Assembly: GCA_043228905.1 (NCBI GenBank)
Contig: JBHGNT010000022.1
Span: 2,790,001 to 2,854,000, forward strand
DNA: 64,000 nucleotides
Direction of reading: 5' to 3'
DNA from: Azolla caroliniana
Lineage: Eukaryota; Plantae; Polypodiophyta
The position numbers were made by a program, and so were the translations under genes. The notes under the pieces were generated by a model, which was not told the DNA's origin, searched no databases, and saw only the letters and a list, made by a program, of their open reading frames with translations. Shown here piece after piece: positions 60,434-64,000 of the stretch (position 1 is its first letter; each line of letters starts with the position of its first letter).

Positions 60434-63400
60434 CTACATTCAGACATACACACACCTTCCATTGCATAGAATCGCTCTCCATTCTTTACATGGTATCAAA
60501 GCAGTTGGTAGCTTGATCCAATTTCATCCCCGTGTGTTGTGTCTAAGACCACGTTCACAAAGAACCGGTTGATCGTTGTAGCAGCAACCTGCATAGCTTG
60601 TATCAACAGAAGAAGAAGAAGAAGAAAACTCGCTCCATACAAATCGATCAACATGTATACTCAAATGGTAAGTGCTCTTCCCACTGAGAAACTCGACAGA
60701 AACAATTTCGCATCTTGGGAATACAAGATGGACCAATACCTTGTCGGGCAAGGCTATTGGGGTTATATCGAGGGAGCACAAGAAAATCAACCCAACCTAG
60801 CACATGCCGATCACCTAGCATGTGAGCAAGCAACGAGTCACGTGTTGTATTGCCTTGCATCATGCATTCATGATCATATGCTCGACTATATCTGAGAGGC
60901 CAAAACGCCAAAAGAGGCGTGGGGGAACCTCGAAAAGATATTCGTGGCCAACACAACCGCATAAAGCTTCAACTCTGTCAAGAGTTGAACGACAAACAAC
61001 AGAGGGATATGTCAATCGGTAGCTACACCTTGAAGATCAAGGTGTTGTGCGACTCCCTCGGGTCGATCAATGTCAACATTGACTGTTACGGGCATGACCA
61101 TTTAATATCCCGTGGTGAGAATTTACCGTAGTATTCTATACACGTGGATAAGTGTGAGGGTTAAACGAGAGTGTAAAGAAGGGGAGGATTACTTTTAATC
61201 CTCGGGATTGAGACAACCCATTAGGTCAAGTGTGAACTTGCCTGGGGGCCTTGGGTATCGCTATAAATAAGAGGCCTAGCTACCCTCATTTGATCATCTT
61301 TTTGACTACATCGAGACTCTGCTCTTGTGGTGGGTCAACTCTTGTAGCGAGCGCGCCAGCACCAGGTACGACTCGACACCACGACGGTGGTATGGGACGC
61401 CGATCGAGGCTCGAGTCCATCTCGATCCCTTCGCTCGGGGGTGGTTGTTACCCGTATAAGTGTACGGGAGGGTTAGGTGTAATGTGGAAGGTGGTGTGTG
61501 AGGTGTAATATGAAATGTGAATGTGTGAGTGTTAGGTGAGGTAAGTAGGTGTACCTACGTCCATTCGGCTTTTTGTAAAGATCTTCTATTATATAAATCC
61601 TCACTCATGGGGCATGAAAAAATGATATCGAAGTTACGAGCATGAGCTCCACGGATCATCCTCAATCTGATGGAAAAACAGAACGAGTAAATCAAATTAT
61701 TGAGGACATGCTTCGAGCATACGTTGGTGCAAAACCAACAAAATGGGAACGTTATCTCCCAATTTTGGAGTTTGCTTATAACAACTCCAAGCATACGTCG
61801 ACGGGATATAGTCCTTTTATGTTGATGTATGGTTTTCAGCCACGACCCCGATTGATGTTAATATACATCATGATGAGTTGCGAAGTACGCAAAACTTTCT
61901 TCGGGATATGCAAGATATGTTGCATATTGCACGAGATAATATAAAAACAGCTCAAGATAGAGCGCGTTTTTATGCCGACCATCATAGGCAACCTCGTGTA
62001 TTGAACCCTAGACAGAAGGTATTTCTACGTGTACCTCACAATTCTAAGACCTTGTCTACGGGTAAGTGCGCTAAGTTAGCCCCACGGTTTTGTGGACCTT
62101 TTACAGTCCTCAAACGCATTGGGTCATCAGCCTATCTTCTTGCTCTTCCCGATGGTGTTGGAATTCATCCAGTCTTCCATGTGAGTCGTCTAAAAGAACT
62201 TCTAGGTTCTGGCGACAATACAATTCCAACTGAAACTCTGGTTACTTCTGAAGAATTATCTTCTAAACCACATGTACCAGAAAGAATTCTCGATGTTAAA
62301 ACAAAAAAATTACGTACTAAAGAAATCCGAGAATTTAAAATAAAATGGATGGATAAATCAATAAAAGATGCCACATGGGAACGCGAAAATACTCTTAGAA
62401 CTAATTTTCCTAACTTTCCATTGCAAGAGCGCAATGTTTTAAAGAGGGGGAGTATGTTACGGGCATGACCATTTAATATCCCGTGGTGAGAATTTACCGT
62501 AGTATTCTATACACGTGGATAAGTGTGAGGGTTAAACGAGAGTGTAAAGAAGGGGAGGATTACTTTTAATCCTCGGGATTGAGACAACCCATTAGGTCAA
62601 GTGTGAACTTGCCTAGGGGCCTTGGGTATCGCTATAAATAAGAGGCCTAGCTACCCTCATTTGATCATCTTTTTTACTACATCAAGACTCTGCTCTTGTG
62701 GTGGGTCAACTCTTGTAGTGAGCGCGCCAGCACCAGGTACGACTCGACGCCACGGCGGTGGTATGGGACGCCGATCGGACTCGAGTCCGTCTCGATCCCT
62801 TCGCTCGGGGGTGGTCGGGTGGATCGGCACCCTTCTTTCTCTTTCTCCTTTCTATCTATCATTTGTTTATCCTTATCTTAAGCTTACTTTAGTACTTAGA
62901 TCTCTAATATTGACGATGATGAAATGGTGCAGATATGCCTCAACGGCTTAGCACCTCGGTTCGGCGCAATAAGGTCAACCATCCTCGCAAGGGAGAATCG
63001 CCCCTTATTTTTTGATCTCCAATTGATGCTATTGGTCGAAGAAAATCACGTTCGAACGAGGAGCAATGTGCAAGGAGAACACATGCTCTATTCGAATTCA
63101 TATGGAGGAAGGGGGCAAAGTCGTGGAAGAAGAGGCCGATTCGACCAAGGCTGTCACAACCAAGAACAACCCCACGAGCAGAACTTCTACTACCGGCAAG
63201 ACGTTGCAAACACGGAAGGTGGAACCTCAGGAAGGGGGAGCAATCATGCCGGACCTAGCCGACAAAACAACTCTGTCCAATGTGGATACTATGGCAAATT
63301 TGGCCACTACGAGTTAGAGTGTCGGAAAAAGAAAAGTGAGTTCACCTTCACAAGCCGACAACTTACCAACTACGTCTAAAATTTTGATTACGACGATCGT

Positions 63401-63589
63401 GGCGGAATGTATGGTTTGTCGTCTCGGGTGCATCCAATCACATGACGTCTCATGAAGATTGGTTTCGAGAACTAAGAAAGCCCGAACGACCCAACTATGT
63501 GGGAATAGGGGATGCCACAATTCACCCCATTCAACATGTTAGTAACGTCTCTTTCAGAGAAGAGGGCAACCAAACCTACATCAAGAATG
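60105..63589 (+). mobile_element. Ty1/copia element I inserted in the gag of J: 5' LTR 60105-60490, PBS-iMet 60491-60502, degenerate gag-protease interrupted by H
   Basis: TG...CA followed by TGGTATCAAAGC. Motifs KLDRNNFASWEYKM, zinc knuckle CGYYGKFGHYELEC and protease WFVVSGASNHMT. Confidence 0.85.
61084..62909 (+). mobile_element. Internally deleted copy H of the E family: partial 5' LTR 61084-61445, foreign 180-bp piece, INT/chromodomain end 61625-62450, 3' LTR 62455-62909, TSD TTGAC
   Basis: TTGAC at 61079-61083 and 62910-62914. LTR and INT are near-identical to the reverse complement of E. PPT AAGAGGGGGAGTA. Confidence 0.9.
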
Positions 63590-64000
63590 GTTGGAGAGTG
63601 TACAAACAGATATGCGAAAGGGAGTATGAGGACCTATGGATTATGCTCAGTAAACAACACAGAAAGAACGAAGGCAAGAAGATGAACAAAAGATGGACAC
63701 GCTCTTAAGCTTTAATGGAAGCTTTGTTATTTTGTTCTCTCTCTGTAACTCTACACTCAAAGATTCAAGAGGTATTGTTACAGTGTTAGGTTAGAGCTTA
63801 TATACTAAGCCCTAACTATTTGGATGTGTTCACACTAGGATACAAAGTGGAAGGAGTCGGCGTTTTATCCCAACAAGAACATCTTGCATGTTCCAACGAT
63901 AATGAAGAATATGGTCTCGGTCGGCCATATTGTGGAATAAGGCATGCAAGTTTGGTTCAACAAAGGAGGTTGCTTCATCGAAAAGGGAGGCCGAATTATT
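63590..64000. mobile_element. Probable further LTR insertion running off the window
   Basis: The copia I frame breaks abruptly after YIKN and LTR-like non-coding sequence follows. The other end is not visible. Confidence 0.4.

Overview
Nuclear DNA of a land plant, probably a non-seed plant such as a fern (inferred from the Tcn1-like and Phygy/Selgy-like retrotransposons; the species cannot be identified). Bases 1-22 kb carry three intact, intron-containing, minus-strand genes that I spliced by hand: plastid RecA (13 exons, 426 aa), plastid TatC (4 exons, about 363 aa) and 60S acidic ribosomal protein P0 (5 exons, 324 aa). From 22.4 kb to the end is one nest of retroelements up to about six levels deep, resolved mostly by target-site duplications (TSDs). 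It holds Copia remnants, two Tcn1-like chromoviruses, a tRNA-iMet-primed chromovirus family (2 copies), four members of a non-chromoviral Ty3/gypsy lineage (one intact, tRNA-Trp-primed, with no LTR differences seen), solo LTRs, and an L1 LINE carrying a processed sugar-transporter fragment. The most unusual signals are: (1) antisense tRNA-like Pol III cassettes in the U3 of four LTR families; (2) a 133-bp TSD-flanked element built from two inverted copies of one LTR end, sitting in the recA promoter; (3) a covarying bulged hairpin just before the polypurine tract (PPT) in four diverged elements; (4) a conserved -1 frameshift signal placed after the protease; (5) a Tf1-type self-priming signal. 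All coordinates were read by eye; no database searches were run.
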